From assembly GCF_001194135.2 (NCBI RefSeq), contig NC_068989.1, positions 1,665,647-1,729,646 on the forward strand: a stretch of 64,000 nt of DNA, read 5' to 3'. The notes beneath the pieces are model-generated. The model worked only from the letters and a program-made list of their open reading frames with translations. It was not told the DNA's origin and made no database searches. Positions 49,617 to 63,255 of this stretch are shown one piece after another. Every line of letters starts with the position of its first letter. Position 1 is the stretch's first letter. Origin of the DNA: Octopus bimaculoides. Its lineage: Eukaryota. A program made the translations under genes and the position numbers.

Positions 49617-51338
49617 TTAACACATTGACTAACAAATCTTTTGTAATTGTTTGTTTTTATTTCTTTTGTTTATCCTTAAGAATTGCCTTTTCTGGAATAT
49701 CTACGACAAAATTACGTACTGACCCTTCTCTATTTTAAGACATATTTTACAGGAAAAGGTGCTTTTTCTAGGACCACAGGCAATCATGTAGATGTCTTCT
49801 GCATGATTTGCATGGTCCTTTTGTTACCAATCATAACAAAATATGACAATCAACCCCACCACCGCCACTACCACCACCACCACCACCACTAAGCATCTTA
49901 CTGGCTGCAAGAATTTTAACTGCCCTTTCGAGTTTATGATTCACTGCAAAAAAAGGAAAAAGAATACAAGCAATTGAAATGGCACGTAATTTCGAGGTGG
50001 CAATACATGGGGACAGCATCGCAGCCACATAAAATATCTTGTTTTTAAAAGTCACAGTTCTTTGGATTCTTTACATTTTATTTGTTTACAAAGTCGTTGT
50101 TTTGATTTGACATAAACACAAAAACACAAACAAACAAACACAAACCCGCACNNNNNNNNNNNNNNNNNNNNNNNNNNNNNNNNNNNNNNNNNNNNNNNNN
50201 NNNNNNNNNNNNNNNNNNNNNNNNNNNNNNNNNNNNNNNNNNNNNNNNNNNNNNNNNNNNNNNNNNNNNNNNNNNNNNNNNNNNNNNNNNNNNNNNNNNN
50301 NNNNNNNNNNNNNNNNNNNNNNNNNNNNNNNNNNNNNNNNNNNNNNNNNNNNNNNNNNNATATATATATATATATATGTATATGAATATTATATGTGTGT
50401 ATATAAATATATATATATATGTATGTGTGTGTGTGTGTGTGTGTGTGTATACACATGATATATCAGCAATGGCGTCTGCAAGTACATATTATTTCGTAAG
50501 ACAAATTCCAAGACTATAAAGGACAAAAGGACTCACACATACACTTACTTATGCATATATCTGTAATTGCGTGTATACACACACACACACACACACACAT
50601 CTCGTTTTGTTTTATTTTTGGAATTCCTCTCATGAAATGTCGTCTGCAATCACAGATTACTCGTAGACAACATTACTATTTTTCTTTATTTTGCATCTGC
50701 AAAGTAAAAACTCTGACGCCAGTCACCAATTAGAATCTTAGAATTCTAGAATGCGCGTTCCTTTGTATTGTTTCCGAATGCCAACTTCTTTCACAAGTTA
50801 TAAGAGAGTGGAATATTAAGTTTGACAAGTCTTAATTACTAGTTTATACATTTTCTGTGCAACATTTTTATTTCTTTATTTGTTTTAATTTTTTTACGTG
50901 TTTTACTTTTTTTAAGAAAAAAAACTTTGTTTTCGTTTTCGCAATAAACCTGCTCTAATTTCGTGGTTCTCGTGCTGGAGTTGGTTTTTAGCTTGCTTAT
51001 TTCTGTTTGTTGCTTTTGTTTCCAGGAGCTGTTCGCTCATTATTTTTACGTATAAGTGTCACATACGCAATTACTCAACATACATGCTTTATNNNNNNNN
51101 NNNNNNNNNNNNNNNNNNNNNNNNNNNNNNNNNNNNNNNNNNNNNNNNNNNNNNNNNNNNNNNNNNNNNNNNNNNNNNNNNNNNNNNNNNNNNNNNNNNN
51201 NNNNNNNNNNNNNNNNNNNNNNNNNNNNNNNNNNNNNNNNNNNNNNNNNNNNNNNNNNNNNNNNNNNNNNNNNNNNNNNNNNNNNNNNNNNNNNNNNNNN
51301 NNNNNNNNNNNNNNNNNNNNNNNNNNNNNNNNNNNNNN

Positions 51339-51375
<37 letters not shown>

Positions 51376-52124
51376 ACATATGCAATTATGTATGCAGGTA
51401 TGTGCATATGTGTGTAAGCAGGTATGTGTATGCATACCTGCATGTATGCATATATGTATGTAATTACACACACACACACACACACACATACAGAATATTT
51501 TGTTTCGGTATCTCTGTATATTATGAATTTCTAACTTGGAAATGATCTCTAAATTGTGTTTCTCAATTGTTTTCTGAAGAAACACAAAACCACAAAACAA
51601 GGCAATTGGAGTTGTCAGAGCTAGTGAAGACCACGATGTTGTCGTTGTTGTTATTGTTGTTGTTGCTGTTGTTGCTGTTATTGTTGTTGTTGTTGTTCTT
51701 CTTCTTCTTCTTCTTCTTGTTTTGTTTTACATAATTTGTTATGACATCATTATCAGGAAGGAAACCAAACTTTGCTCCTCTTGTTCTTTAAATACGCAGA
51801 AAAAATAATACATTTAATGTATTTATTTATATTATTATTATTATTATTATTGTTGTTGTTGTTGTTGTTGTTGTTGTTATTATTATTATTTAAAACAGTT
51901 TCATTTTCTGTTCTATGTGGCAGAAAGTTTCGCAGACTTCTTACAGAAGCCTAGCCCGTTCTGGCTCGGATAACCAAATAAAGAGATACCGGCAGTCCAA
52001 GATGGCTACATACATGCGTACATATTTTCATACATACACATGTATATGTATTCATATATGTATGTACGTATACTTGTATATGTCTGTGTGTGTGTGTGTT
52101 TAGATGTGTGTGTGTGTGTATAAC

Positions 52125-52230
52125 CGTTAAGTTAGAGGGACGTAAACATACCAACATCGGTTGTCAAGCGATGGTGGGAGACAAACACAGACAACACGCA
52201 TCCACACACACACACACACATATACGCACG

Positions 52231-52279
<49 letters not shown>

Positions 52280-52540
52280 NNNNNNNNNNNNNNNNNNNNN
52301 NNNNNNNNNNNNNNNNNNNNNNNNNNNNNNNNNNNNNNNNNNNNNNNNNNNNNNNNNNNNNNATATATATATATATATATATATATACGACGAGCTTCTT
52401 TCAGTTTCCGTCTACCAAATCCACTCACAAGGCTTTGGTAGAAGACACTCGCCCAAGGTGCCACGCAGTGGGTCTGAACCCGGAACCATGTGGTTGGGAA
52501 GCAAGCTTCTTACCACACAGCCACTCCTGCACTTATATAG
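52125..52540 (-). mobile_element. SINE family A with internal (CA)n/(TA)n and a gap
   Basis: CGAGCTTCTTTCAGTTTCCGTCTACCAAATCCACTCACAAGGCTTTGG...CCATGTGGTTGGGAAGCAAGCTTCTTACCACACAGCCAC. Confidence 0.88.
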
Positions 52541-53120
52541 GCGCCCACACACGTGACGTGCAAATATGATACATACAGACACGCACATATACACACAATG
52601 CATCCCTTCATTTCCGAACGATAGGACGTAATTTCATGTAGATTAAGCTGTTGTTTCTAGCATACCGAGCAACCTTATAGAGGTTCTCCGCTATGATACA
52701 ATTCAGAAAGATAAGCTATTTTGTTAAATGAACTTATTGAGGTAATTAGTAAGAAAAATAATTAGTAAAAATAATAATTAGTAAAAAAACAAACAGGAAA
52801 CAAACAACAAATATTTAGTTTAACAGAACCCAGAAGAAAGCACCTTACCGTTCCTAAAACTCGCATCGGAACACGATTGGTTGTGGAAAACAAGGCCTTT
52901 GAATCAAGCAGGATACGCAAACGAAAGTGATATGTATTAGGTGGGTGGGACAAGCGTTCGAGCGGTTAATCACAAGATTCGACGCCGTATCGTCTTTCTT
53001 GCTTTCCTTCTTTCGCCTTTTCTAATATTTCCTTAGTCTTAGTAAAATGTACTGAGCTGTTGGGGAAAATGTCGCAAAGGAAGGTACCATATATATATAT
53101 AGATATATATATATATAGAT

Positions 53121-53183
<63 letters not shown>

Positions 53184-53551
53184 TAGATATTGATATAGAT
53201 ATGTGTGCGTGTGTATACATATATATATATATATATATTTATGCATTTATTATGTTTATATANNNNNNNNNNNNNNNNNNNNNNNNNNNNNNNNNNNNNN
53301 NNNNNNNNNNNNNNNNNNNNNNNNNNNNNNNNNNNNNNNNNNNNNNNNNNNNNNNNNNNNNNNNNNNNNNNNNNNNNNNNNNNNNNNNNNNNNNNNNNNN
53401 NNNNNNNNNNNNNNNNNNNNNNNNNNNNNNNNNNNNNNNNNNNNNNNNNNNNNNNNNNNNNNNNNNNNNNNNNNNNNNNNNNNNNNNNNNNNNNNNNNNN
53501 NNNNNNNNNNNNNNNNNNNNNNNNNNNNNNNNNNNNNNNNNNNNNNNNNNN

Positions 53552-53574
<23 letters not shown>

Positions 53575-53593
<19 letters not shown>

Positions 53594-53780
53594 ACCACCG
53601 CTTGACAACCGGTATTAGTGTATTTACGTCCTCGTTACTTAGCGGTTCGACATAAGATGATGATAGAATAAGTACCAGGATTCTTTTTTAAAATAAGTAC
53701 TGGGATCGATTTGTTCGACTAAAATTCTACAAAGAAATGCCCCAGCATGGCCACAGTCTAATGACTGAAGCGAGTAAAGG
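53575..53780 (+). mobile_element. SINE family A, 3' half (head lost in gap)
   Basis: CACCACCGCTTGACAACCGG...ACTTAGCGGTTCG...GGGATCGATTTGTTCGACTAAAA...CCCAGCATGGCCACAGTC. Confidence 0.87.
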
Positions 53781-54572
53781 GACGAAAAACGCTACATCGT
53801 TACGTTTATTCTGACGATGCCCAATTGAAGCCGTCGACCGAAAGTACGGAAGCCAATAAAAGAATAAAAAGTTCCTAAGGAATCCTTCACTGGATTTCAT
53901 TATAATTATTTGTATTTATTTGACTTTTTCTGCCTTCAGAGGTCTTTATCATTGGTTACTTAGTATTTTCTTACAGATTTAATGCAAGACGCAGAATTAA
54001 TTGCTTTTTAATTTGTAGAATGGTAAGATTGGGTAAAGGTCTCGGGTTGCTATCAATAGTGCGACATGTGGGTGAGTGTCGAATGCCACGGTGTCAAGTG
54101 TCACCTAATTACATAAAACCATTTTGCCGTCTTCCCTCAATCAAGCCTCCTCCCCTTTCTTCTTCTTCTTCCTCCTCCTCTTCCTTCTACTTATTCTTCT
54201 CCTCCGCCTTCTTCATGTATTCCTCTTTCTATGCAAGCATTCATAGATTTGTAAATATTTCAAGCAATTAATAGAACACAACTCGAAATATATATTTTTA
54301 TAAATACAAAAACGAACCTACACTCTCATGCAGGCAACCCATGGATGTATATANNNNNNNNNNNNNNNNNNNNNNNNNNNNNNNNNNNNNNNNNNNNNNN
54401 NNNNNNNNNNNNNNNNNNNNNNNNNNNNNNNNNNNNNNNNNNNNNNNNNNNNNNNNNNNNNNNNNNNNNNNNNNNNNNNNNNNNNNNNNNNNNNNNNNNN
54501 NNNNNNNNNNNNNNNNNNNNNNNNNNNNNNNNNNNNNNNNNNNNNNNNNNNNNNNNNNNNNNNNNNNNNNNN

Positions 54573-54675
54573 GTCTCCAGGTGGTTATACGACACAATAT
54601 CTGTGTCCTTATATTTTCGAACAGGGAGTTAAAATTTAAGGACACAGATAGTGCGTCGTATAACCACCTGGAGAC
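54573..54675. repeat. Near-perfect 103-nt inverted repeat (hairpin)
   Basis: 54573-54611 pairs with 54637-54675 at 37/39. The stem extends to about 45 bp with a 13-nt loop. Confidence 0.9.
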
Positions 54676-54864
54676 GATGTTTCCGGGGGCTAAACAACAG
54701 TAACAATCGTCCCTTCCAGGACAGCCACATCATAGTGGCAAATAGCCTTTACTTTAAACAACTGTTACTGAATATGTGTGTGATTTAATTGGAGCATATT
54801 TCCAGTTAGACATCTTAGTAAAGCCATAAATGAAATTTAGCTGTTTCCCGTTGATCGATGCTTT

Positions 54865-55010
54865 CTGTTCACATCGACCCCAGTATTTAATTTTATCGGA
54901 CTAGAGACAAAATTGACTACGGTGGGATTTGAACCCAGAACATAAAGAACCGGAGGATATGCAACCAAGCCGTTTATCCAACGCAAAACGATTCCGCCAG
55001 CGCGCCACTT
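54865..55010 (-). mobile_element. SINE family C, degenerate
   Basis: ATCGACCCCAGTATT...GGATTTGAACCCAGAAC...ACGATTCCGCCAGCGCGCC. Confidence 0.75.
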
Positions 55011-55314
55011 GGAATTAGTCTGTATATTTATTAAACTAAATATCTGCGTCTGACTGTAAGCTTTGAGAACTCAAATGCTTCATGTTTTAGAAGTCTCAAT
55101 AGAGGTTGGGTGTGTGAGATGGAGTGGAGAGGTCATGTTTATTGTATCTGACACGAAACACAACAGAACAAGCGGAACGACCCAGAATAAATGTAACAGA
55201 TGCAGACTGACAACTCGCAGCGAATAAATGAATTAATATAAAATGTTCTACTTTACTAAATAGAGACGAAGTAGGAAACGAAATTTGCAATATATACATA
55301 GCTGACTCTCTTAC

Positions 55315-55351
<37 letters not shown>

Positions 55352-55447
55352 ACTCTCTCCCTCCCATTCCCCCTCTTTCTGTCTCTCTCTGTCTCTTCGT
55401 CCTGTCTTTGTCTGTCTCTCTTTCTTTCTGTATATCTCTCTCTCCCT

Positions 55448-55491
<44 letters not shown>

Positions 55492-55829
55492 CTACCTGTC
55501 TTTATCGCTCGCTCTTTCTCTCACTCTCTCCTTCTTCCACCCTCCCTCCCTCTCTCTCTCTCTCTCTTTTTCCACAACCACACAACCACAGGCATGTACA
55601 TCTGTGTACTCACGCGAGTACACACACATGTGTACTCGGAGAAGATCTGCCGATGCAAAAAGCGTATCAATGTATCGATTAGTGTTTTAAGATGCTGAGT
55701 CCATCTCTCGATTGCAACTCCTGGCTGCATTTTCGTTGACGGGGCGGGGTTTGAACCCGGAATACACCCGACCGGAACAAATACAGCAGAACATGCCACC
55801 CACCGCCGTACATTGGTACTTTTACCTTT

Positions 55830-55975
55830 TACCTTTTGCTTGTTTCGGTCATTAAACTGCGGCCATGCTGGAGCACCGCCTAGAAGAATATTTTGTAATC
55901 GAACGAAGCAACCCCAGTACTTATTTGTTTTGTTTGTGGTTGGGAAACAAGCTCCTTACCACGCAACCACGTCTG
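55830..55975 (-). mobile_element. SINE family A, internally deleted
   Basis: Tail GTTTCGGTCATTAAACTGCGGCCATGCTGGAGCACCGCC is joined to head remnant TGGTTGGGAAACAAGCTCCTTACCACGCAACCACG. Confidence 0.75.
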
Positions 55976-56745
55976 CCTTCATGTCTTTGTGCGCGTATTT
56001 GTCCTCCGGCATAGCTTGACCGACAGAACACGTAAGAACCTTTCGAAAAATAACTCCTGATATCGATTTGTTCGACNNNNNNNNNNNNNNNNNNNNNNNN
56101 NNNNNNNNNNNNNNNNNNNNNNNNNNNNNNNNNNNNNNNNNNNNNNNNNNNNNNNNNNNNNNNNNNNNNNNNNNNNNNNNNNNNNNNNNNNNNNNNNNNN
56201 NNNNNNNNNNNNNNNNNNNNNNNNNNNNNNNNNNNNNNNNNNNNNNNNNNNNNNNNNNNNNNNNNNNNNNNNNNNNNNNNNNNNNNNNNNNNNNNNNNNN
56301 NNNNNNNNNNNNNNNNNNNNNNNNNNNNNNNNNNNNNNNNNNNNNNNNNNNNNNNNNNNNNNNNNNNNNNNNNNNNNNNNNNNNNNNNNNNNNNNNNNNN
56401 NNNNNNNNNNNNNNNNNNNNNNNNNNNNNNNNNNNNNNNNNNNNNNNNNNNNNNNNNNNNNNNNNNNNNNNNNNNNNNNGACGACCAAAGTTGTAAGAAA
56501 TTCCGAAGTTTTGATAATAAAAATTTAATATAAAGTCTTGTGAAAGTAAATCATTTAAAAAGGAAAAAGATCGTCAACGACGTTTTTTTTTGTTTGTTTT
56601 GTTTTTTTTCCAAAATTTTCACAAATCTGTCCTGATCAAGAGGTCTATCAGTCGGGGAAGGCATGGTCTGACATGCAATAAACAGAAATTTATAGAAAAC
56701 ATTCAAATTGTAAAAATTGCCCAGCAACGACAGGCTATTCAGCTA

Positions 56746-56781
<36 letters not shown>

Positions 56782-57204
56782 GTAGTAGTAGTAGTAGTAG
56801 TAGCAGTACCCCGTGGAAAATTCTACGGTTATTTTGAAAATGGGAAGATGGATATTGAATATTTTTCTGAACCATTAGAATCTTGAGATGATGTGAAATT
56901 CCAATTTGGTAGTAAATGTAAAGAATGTTTTCATATTCTTACGTCTTCTAGGTTGAGTTGTTATTTTTCAATTTATGTTAAGAATGAAACAGTTTTAGTT
57001 ATGGAACAAAATGGAGAACATTCTCTATAGTCTTGCCGTTTCAGTAAGATTAAATAAATCTTAATCCAGGGATTTGAAAACAAATATAAAAACACCTTAC
57101 CTTTCACTTCCTAGTTTTACATCTGTTGTTGGACACATTGTAAAAGTTTTGACTGAGCATACGATAGTTAATTCACTATGTGTATGTATGTTTTTGTATA
57201 TCTA

Positions 57205-57570
57205 TTATTTTACTTTTTTTAGTCATTTGACTGCGGCCATGCTGGAGCACCGCCTTTAGTCGAACGAATCGACTCCGGGACTTATTCTTTGTAAGCCTAG
57301 TACTTATTCTATCGGTCGTTTGTGCGGAACCGCTAAATTACAGGGACGTAAGCACACCAACATCGGTTGTCAAGCGATGGCGGGAGGGACAAACACAAAC
57401 ACACAAACATGCATATATATATATATGTATATATATAGCACGAGCTTCTTTCAGTTTCCGTCTAAAAAATCCACTCAATTTGGTCAGCCCGAGGTGCCAC
57501 GGTGGGACTGAACCCTGAACCATGTGGTTGGTAAGCAAGCTTCTTACCACGCAGCCACGCCTGCGCCTAT
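57205..57570 (-). mobile_element. SINE family A, near full length
   Basis: GTCATTTGACTGCGGCCATGCTGGAGCACCGCC...CCATGTGGTTGGTAAGCAAGCTTCTTACCACGCAGCCACGCCTGCGCCT. Confidence 0.9.
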
Positions 57571-58196
57571 GTATATCTTCATTATTTTTTCATGGGAACC
57601 AGACGACTGCCATTTTATGTTAATGTAATTTGAGGTCGCAACAAATAAGAATAAATATAAAATATGAAATAAATATTTAAAAAAATATAAAATATATAAT
57701 TAAAAACTTTATTCCAGCTAAAAAGGCAAGCTTATAAAGGGCGTGTAGACTGATAGGGCCTAAAAGGGGTTAGGATGTATAATTCCCTAAGGGATTAACA
57801 CTCTCAACGGGGTCGTAGTTCGAAGACTTTTTTCATTAATTTCCGTCAGCCCCTTTTTGTTTTCACTTTCTCTCACCGATCCATTTTATTGTTTATTGAG
57901 GCTTTTTCTGTTTGTTTTACTGTTGTTTTTACATACTTTATATGTGTGTGTGCACTGTGACCGAAGGATTAAGTTCCCTTCGCAAACACCAGGACCCAGG
58001 TTCGATCTTATGCATTGTGAATGAATCTGAGTAGACGGAAATTGCATAGAAGCCCGTCGGGTGGATTGTAAAATGCGTCACGCTGATTCTTCTGGGGAAT
58101 TATGTTCTGGGTACACGGTCTGTGGAATACTCTGGCACTTTGACGTTAATTTAGCAACAGCAGCACCGCCACCATATGTCTTTGTATATGAACAGA

Positions 58197-58250
<54 letters not shown>

Positions 58251-58429
58251 TTTACACTTACATGTAGGCCTATATGTGCGTGTGTGCATGTGTGTGTATA
58301 AACCACTTGGGCGCAGACAAGGCTGTGCAATTAAGAAGCAAGCACACAAGCACCTGTCACGTATGCAAACATACAAGAAAGAAAGAAAGAAAGAAAGAAA
58401 GAGTGAGAGGAATGATCTCTGCTCCGTAC

Positions 58430-58560
58430 TTCATTGATACTAAATCGATTGTGATCGATCATGAGGAAAGGCAAAGCTGACGCTGGCGGAATTTGAAATC
58501 AGAGTTCGGACAGCCACAACGATTGCCGCAAAGAAATCTAACCGACGCTCTAACGCTAAC
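58430..58560 (-). mobile_element. SINE family C, degenerate
   Basis: GAAAGGCAAAGCTGACGCTGGCGGAATTTGAAATCAGAG...CGCTCTAACG. Confidence 0.65.
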
Positions 58561-58990
58561 GACTTTCACACTTCGACGGATGTATATGGGCGACACGTGT
58601 GTGTATACATATCTGGGTCCACACACACACACACGTATATATATATANNNNNNNNNNNNNNNNNNNNNNNNNNNNNNNNNNNNNNNNNNNNNNNNNNNNN
58701 NNNNNNNNNNNNNNNNNNNNNNNNNNNNNNNNNNNNNNNNNNNNNNNNNNNNNNNNNNNNNNNNNNNNNNNNNNNNNNNNNNNNNNNNNNNNNNNNNNNN
58801 NNNNNNNNNNNNNNNNNNNNNNNNNNNNNNNNNNNNNNNNNNNNNNNNNNNNNNNNNNNNNNNNNNNNNNNNNNNNNNNNNNNNNNNNNNNNNNNNNNNN
58901 NNNNNNNNNNNNNNNNNNNNNNNNNNNNNNNNNNNNNNNNNNNNNNNNNNNNNNNNNNNNNNNNNNNNNNNNNNNNNNNNNNNNNNNNNN

Positions 58991-59027
<37 letters not shown>

Positions 59028-59315
59028 TTATGTGCACACGTGCTTAAACGCTACGAGATATGGATGTCCGTCTGGTGTGAAATGTATATACGCTATGAAC
59101 ACGCATTCTGGCGTGTGTATACATTGTTCAAGCGAATGTCTTCTTGTCTAAATGATGTTCCGTACCAGCGTACAATGTTCGTCTTTATAGTGGTATTATG
59201 TTCTAAGGCTTCGGTGTATGTCTGTCTGTGTAATTTGCTTATAGATACGTGTATTTGTTTGTTAGCACGTGAATGTGAGTTACAATAAATAACACTGTCT
59301 GCACGTATGCGTATA

Positions 59316-59543
59316 CAATAATCCCTCACCATATCGCGGTTCACCTATCGCGGTTCATTTATCGCGGTTTATTATTTAAGCTTACGTCGATTCCTCCGTG
59401 GTGTTGTTTTGCATTTATAATAAAATAAATATATGGAAAATTATAAAAACAATATGCAGTACAGTGCTGTTTCTACTGCGCGGATTTTCACTTATCGCGG
59501 GAGGTTTTGGAACGTAGCACCCGCGATAGTTGAGGGATTATTG
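59316..59543. mobile_element. pogo/Tigger-like (Tc1/mariner superfamily) MITE, 228 bp
   Basis: TA|CAATAATCCCTCACCATATCGCGG ... CCGCGATAGTTGAGGGATTATTG|TA, with TA at 59314-15 and 59544-45. TATCGCGG is repeated internally. Confidence 0.88.
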
Positions 59544-60289
59544 TATACATACCCACATATACATATGCATACATAAATATATATAGGTTGCCCCACTCAG
59601 CTGACAAAAATTAGTTGTACTTGTAACTCAAAAGACCGGCCTTGTCACACTGAATCTCCCTGAGAACTATATTAAGGGTTCACATAGATACATACATATG
59701 TATGTATGTTATTCAGTTATATTTCAAGAATTCTTGCCAATAGAGAAAGAGCCGGTTTCTAACCTAGATCCAAGGCTTCTTCATTGGAATTTCAGCATCA
59801 ACAACAAGGTATGTTTGTTAGTATGTATGTATGTATGTGTGTGTGTGTGTATGTATGTGTGTGTGTGTATGTATGTATGTGTGTGTATGTATAGCTAGCT
59901 AGTCAGCTGTCTGTCTATACACACACATTTTATAGACAGAAATGGTTAAAGAAACAGAGGTGAAGTTAGCGAATGACTGATAAGATTATGGAAAGACAGA
60001 ATGTGTGTAAGCTTTTAGAAACAATAAAGAAAAAAACAAATAGTTAAGAAAGAAAGAAAGAAAGAAAGGAAGGAAGAAAAAGAAAAGGAAATTAGAAAAA
60101 ATGACAGAAGGGACATGAGTAGAAATTGAATGATATTAAATGTATTGGTCGTAGTTTCATTAAAATACCTTAAGATAATTATCGTGTTTATTGGTGAAGT
60201 TAATTGAGGTATTTCACCTTAAATATTGAATCAAGGCATTGAGTGGAAACACTCAAGAAATTGCTGGCCGCATTCATATTATATTACTA

Positions 60290-60621
60290 ATAACACCACC
60301 ACCACCACCACCGCCACTGCCGTCACCACTGCCGTCACCNNNNNNNNNNNNNNNNNNNNNNNNNNNNNNNNNNNNNNNNNNNNNNNNNNNNNNNNNNNNN
60401 NNNNNNNNNNNNNNNNNNNNNNNNNNNNNNNNNNNNNNNNNNNNNNNNNNNNNNNNNNNNNNNNNNNNNNNNNNNNNNNNNNNNNNNNNNNNNNNNNNNN
60501 NNNNTCACCACCACCACCACCACCACCACTGCCGTCACCACCATTACCACTACCACCACTATCATTGCTAACAGCGCCATTACTACTACTAGTTGTACTA
60601 CAACTTCTACCATCACTGCCG

Positions 60622-60654
<33 letters not shown>

Positions 60655-60920
60655 ATATCGTCACAATCACCCTCGTCGCTACTACAGCGACCACCACTAC
60701 CAACAACAACAACAACAATAACAGACTAATGGACAGATGATCCCAACTAGAATATCTTTGATGCAAAGTGCTCGGCATCAGGACAAACTTCTGGCCAAAT
60801 AAGAAGCACAAGAACAACAACATTACCAGTGCCACTACCGTCACTTCCGTCTCCACCACCTCACAATCACTACTGCCACTGCTATCAATACAAATTCCAA
60901 CATGACCACCACCACGGATA
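60290..60920. repeat. Compound (CAC/TAC/AAC)n low-complexity region spanning a gap
   Basis: Direct reading. Confidence 0.9.
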
Positions 60921-62038
60921 CCACCACAAGTACCTTATTTAAGAGGGTTGATTCTCCCTTAAATATGGACGGCAACTGTAGGGGTACTCAATAAAACAAT
61001 TAGTGGACTAGAATATGTTTGATTTAGTAAATGCTGAACAATAATCGCTAAACTTTACGCTGATCCGATCTCACACTTAATACACTTAAGAAAGATATAA
61101 ACATCACTTTGTGTTATTTCTTAGTGAAGGTCTTATGTGAGATGCAGTCTCTTATAAATATTTTTACACAACACGGAATAACGAACCTCGCAGATTTTGT
61201 AACCATCAAACATAGCGGTGAGATGACCCGATTAGTGCAGAAATATTGTTGGCTTGCAATGGCTAAATTTGCATGCGATAAATGGTTTAAGGTGCTGGTC
61301 AAGAATACGAATAGGTACAGACAGTCCAGAATGGCATTTCATTCAGAATCTGCACTTGTAGTATTGGTTTAGTATAGGTGGGACAATCTGGAAGAGATGT
61401 GTGCATTAAAATATCGGGGATAGTGGTTTCAGAAAGAGATAATATTTTCTCGGTTGTGAGTGAAAGCACATCAGAATTTGAGGTTTGGATTTTACAAAAC
61501 AAAATCAAGAAATGGTCACATGATATCTATCGCTCTAACAGAGATAGAGAAGTCTTTAAGCAACAACAAACGTCTCACGGATTATTGATCACATCTTTGG
61601 GGAACATTACACGTGTGATCAGAAGTAGTCTAAAGAAACCTCACCACACGTTAGCCTATTGCATTGCAAGACGGGGATGCTAAAACAATATGTATCTGCA
61701 AAGAATATTGCAAAGAATATGCAAACATCTGCAATATAGAAAGAACATTGGTACACGTGTTCTTCGGTTTGCATAACGATGTTACATATTGTATATTAAC
61801 ATATTAAATAAATTGGGATATCAGAGCAAAACAAAACAAGACGCTGTGCAAATCTAGACGTTAAGCGGAACAGTATAAAATGTCAAGACTTTACGAAAGC
61901 TTATTTACTCCTTAGTTTCTTTGTCTAAATTCCAGTTATGGAGATTTGTTACACAAAAACCGGCTTCCACTTTATATGAACAAACACTTCATGGAATTAA
62001 AAACAAATTTATTCGTGCTTGTAAAGCGAAGCTGAGTA

Positions 62039-62078
<40 letters not shown>

Positions 62079-62737
62079 NNNNNNNNNNNNNNNNNNNNNN
62101 NNNNNNNNNNNNNNNNNNNNNNNNNNNNNNNNTATATACACATATATATATATATTTAGCATTACAGGTGCCCCAATATATATATACACATACACAAGCG
62201 CATATATAACTGTCTTCGTGGTGTGGTTATTGCACATACAAACACTGACGTATTATATTTAATCCCATGAATACCTACATAGAGCCCCTTTAAATTCCTC
62301 CTTTTACTTAATCTGCTCCTCATTTTACATCCTTCTTAGTAGTAGTAGTAGTAGTAGTAGTAGTTATCGTTGCAGCTGCCACTGCTGGTGTTCTTGTTAT
62401 TATTGCTCTCAGATTGATCTTGTATGTATATTTCTTCTGTGGAACGGTTCGACACTTGTAGCAGTTCATATATATATATATATATATATCTGTGTATGTG
62501 TGTGTTTGCTCCTGGTTGGGTCTGTGTGCATCTGAGAGGAACGTGTATGGGTGTATGTGTACGGGTATGTGTACGGGTATGTGTACGTGAACAAGATTTC
62601 TTCATTAAAAAAGAATTGCATTTATTTAGGACGAAATACCATTTCAATTAAGAAGTGCATTCCGATACAAGGTTCCACTCCATCACCAGCAAGAGTGTAT
62701 ATTTGGATATAGACACACACACTTACACATAGACACG

Positions 62738-62779
<42 letters not shown>

Positions 62780-62961
62780 TACATGTTCCGATTGGTCCAA
62801 CTGACACGTGATTCGTAGATGTTATTGTTGGTGTTGTTGTAACTGTTAATCTTTCTGCTGCTCTCTTTGTTGTAAACACTGTTTTATAGGTGTTTTTATT
62901 AAAGACATAATTAATATACACATATATGTGTATGTGTATGTGTGTGTGTGTGTGTGTGTAT

Positions 62962-63072
62962 AGGCGCAAGTGTGGCTGTGTAGCTTGCTTACCAACCACA
63001 TGGTTCTGGGTTCAGTCCCACTGCGTGGCACCTTGGGCCATTGTCCTCTACTATGGCCTCGGGCCGACCAAA
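62962..63072 (+). mobile_element. SINE family A head, left arm of an inverted pair
   Basis: AGGCGCAAGTGTGGCTGTGTAGCTTGCTTACCAACCACATGGTTCTGGGTTCAGTCCCACTGCGTGGCACCTTGGGC. Confidence 0.88.
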
Positions 63073-63089
63073 TATGTATATATATATAT

Positions 63090-63255
63090 ATGACAGGCTT
63101 CTTTCAGTTTCCGTCTCCCAAATACACTGAAAAGACTTTTGTCGACTTTGAGGATATAATAGAAAACACTTGCCCAAGGTGCCAGGCAGTAGGACTGAAC
63201 CCAGAACCATGTGGTTGGGAAACAAGCTTCTTATCACACAACCACGCCTGCGGCT
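63090..63255 (-). mobile_element. SINE family A head, right arm of an inverted pair
   Basis: GACAGGCTTCTTTCAGTTTCCGTC...CCCAAGGTGCCAGGCAGTAGGACTGAACCCAGAACCATGTGGTTGGGAAACAAGC...ACCACGCCTGCGGC. Confidence 0.88.

Noticed and set aside
60935-60965. Small hairpin TATTTAAGAGGG-TTGATT-CTCCCTTAAATA
   Set aside because: Short, AT-rich and imperfect; expected by chance.
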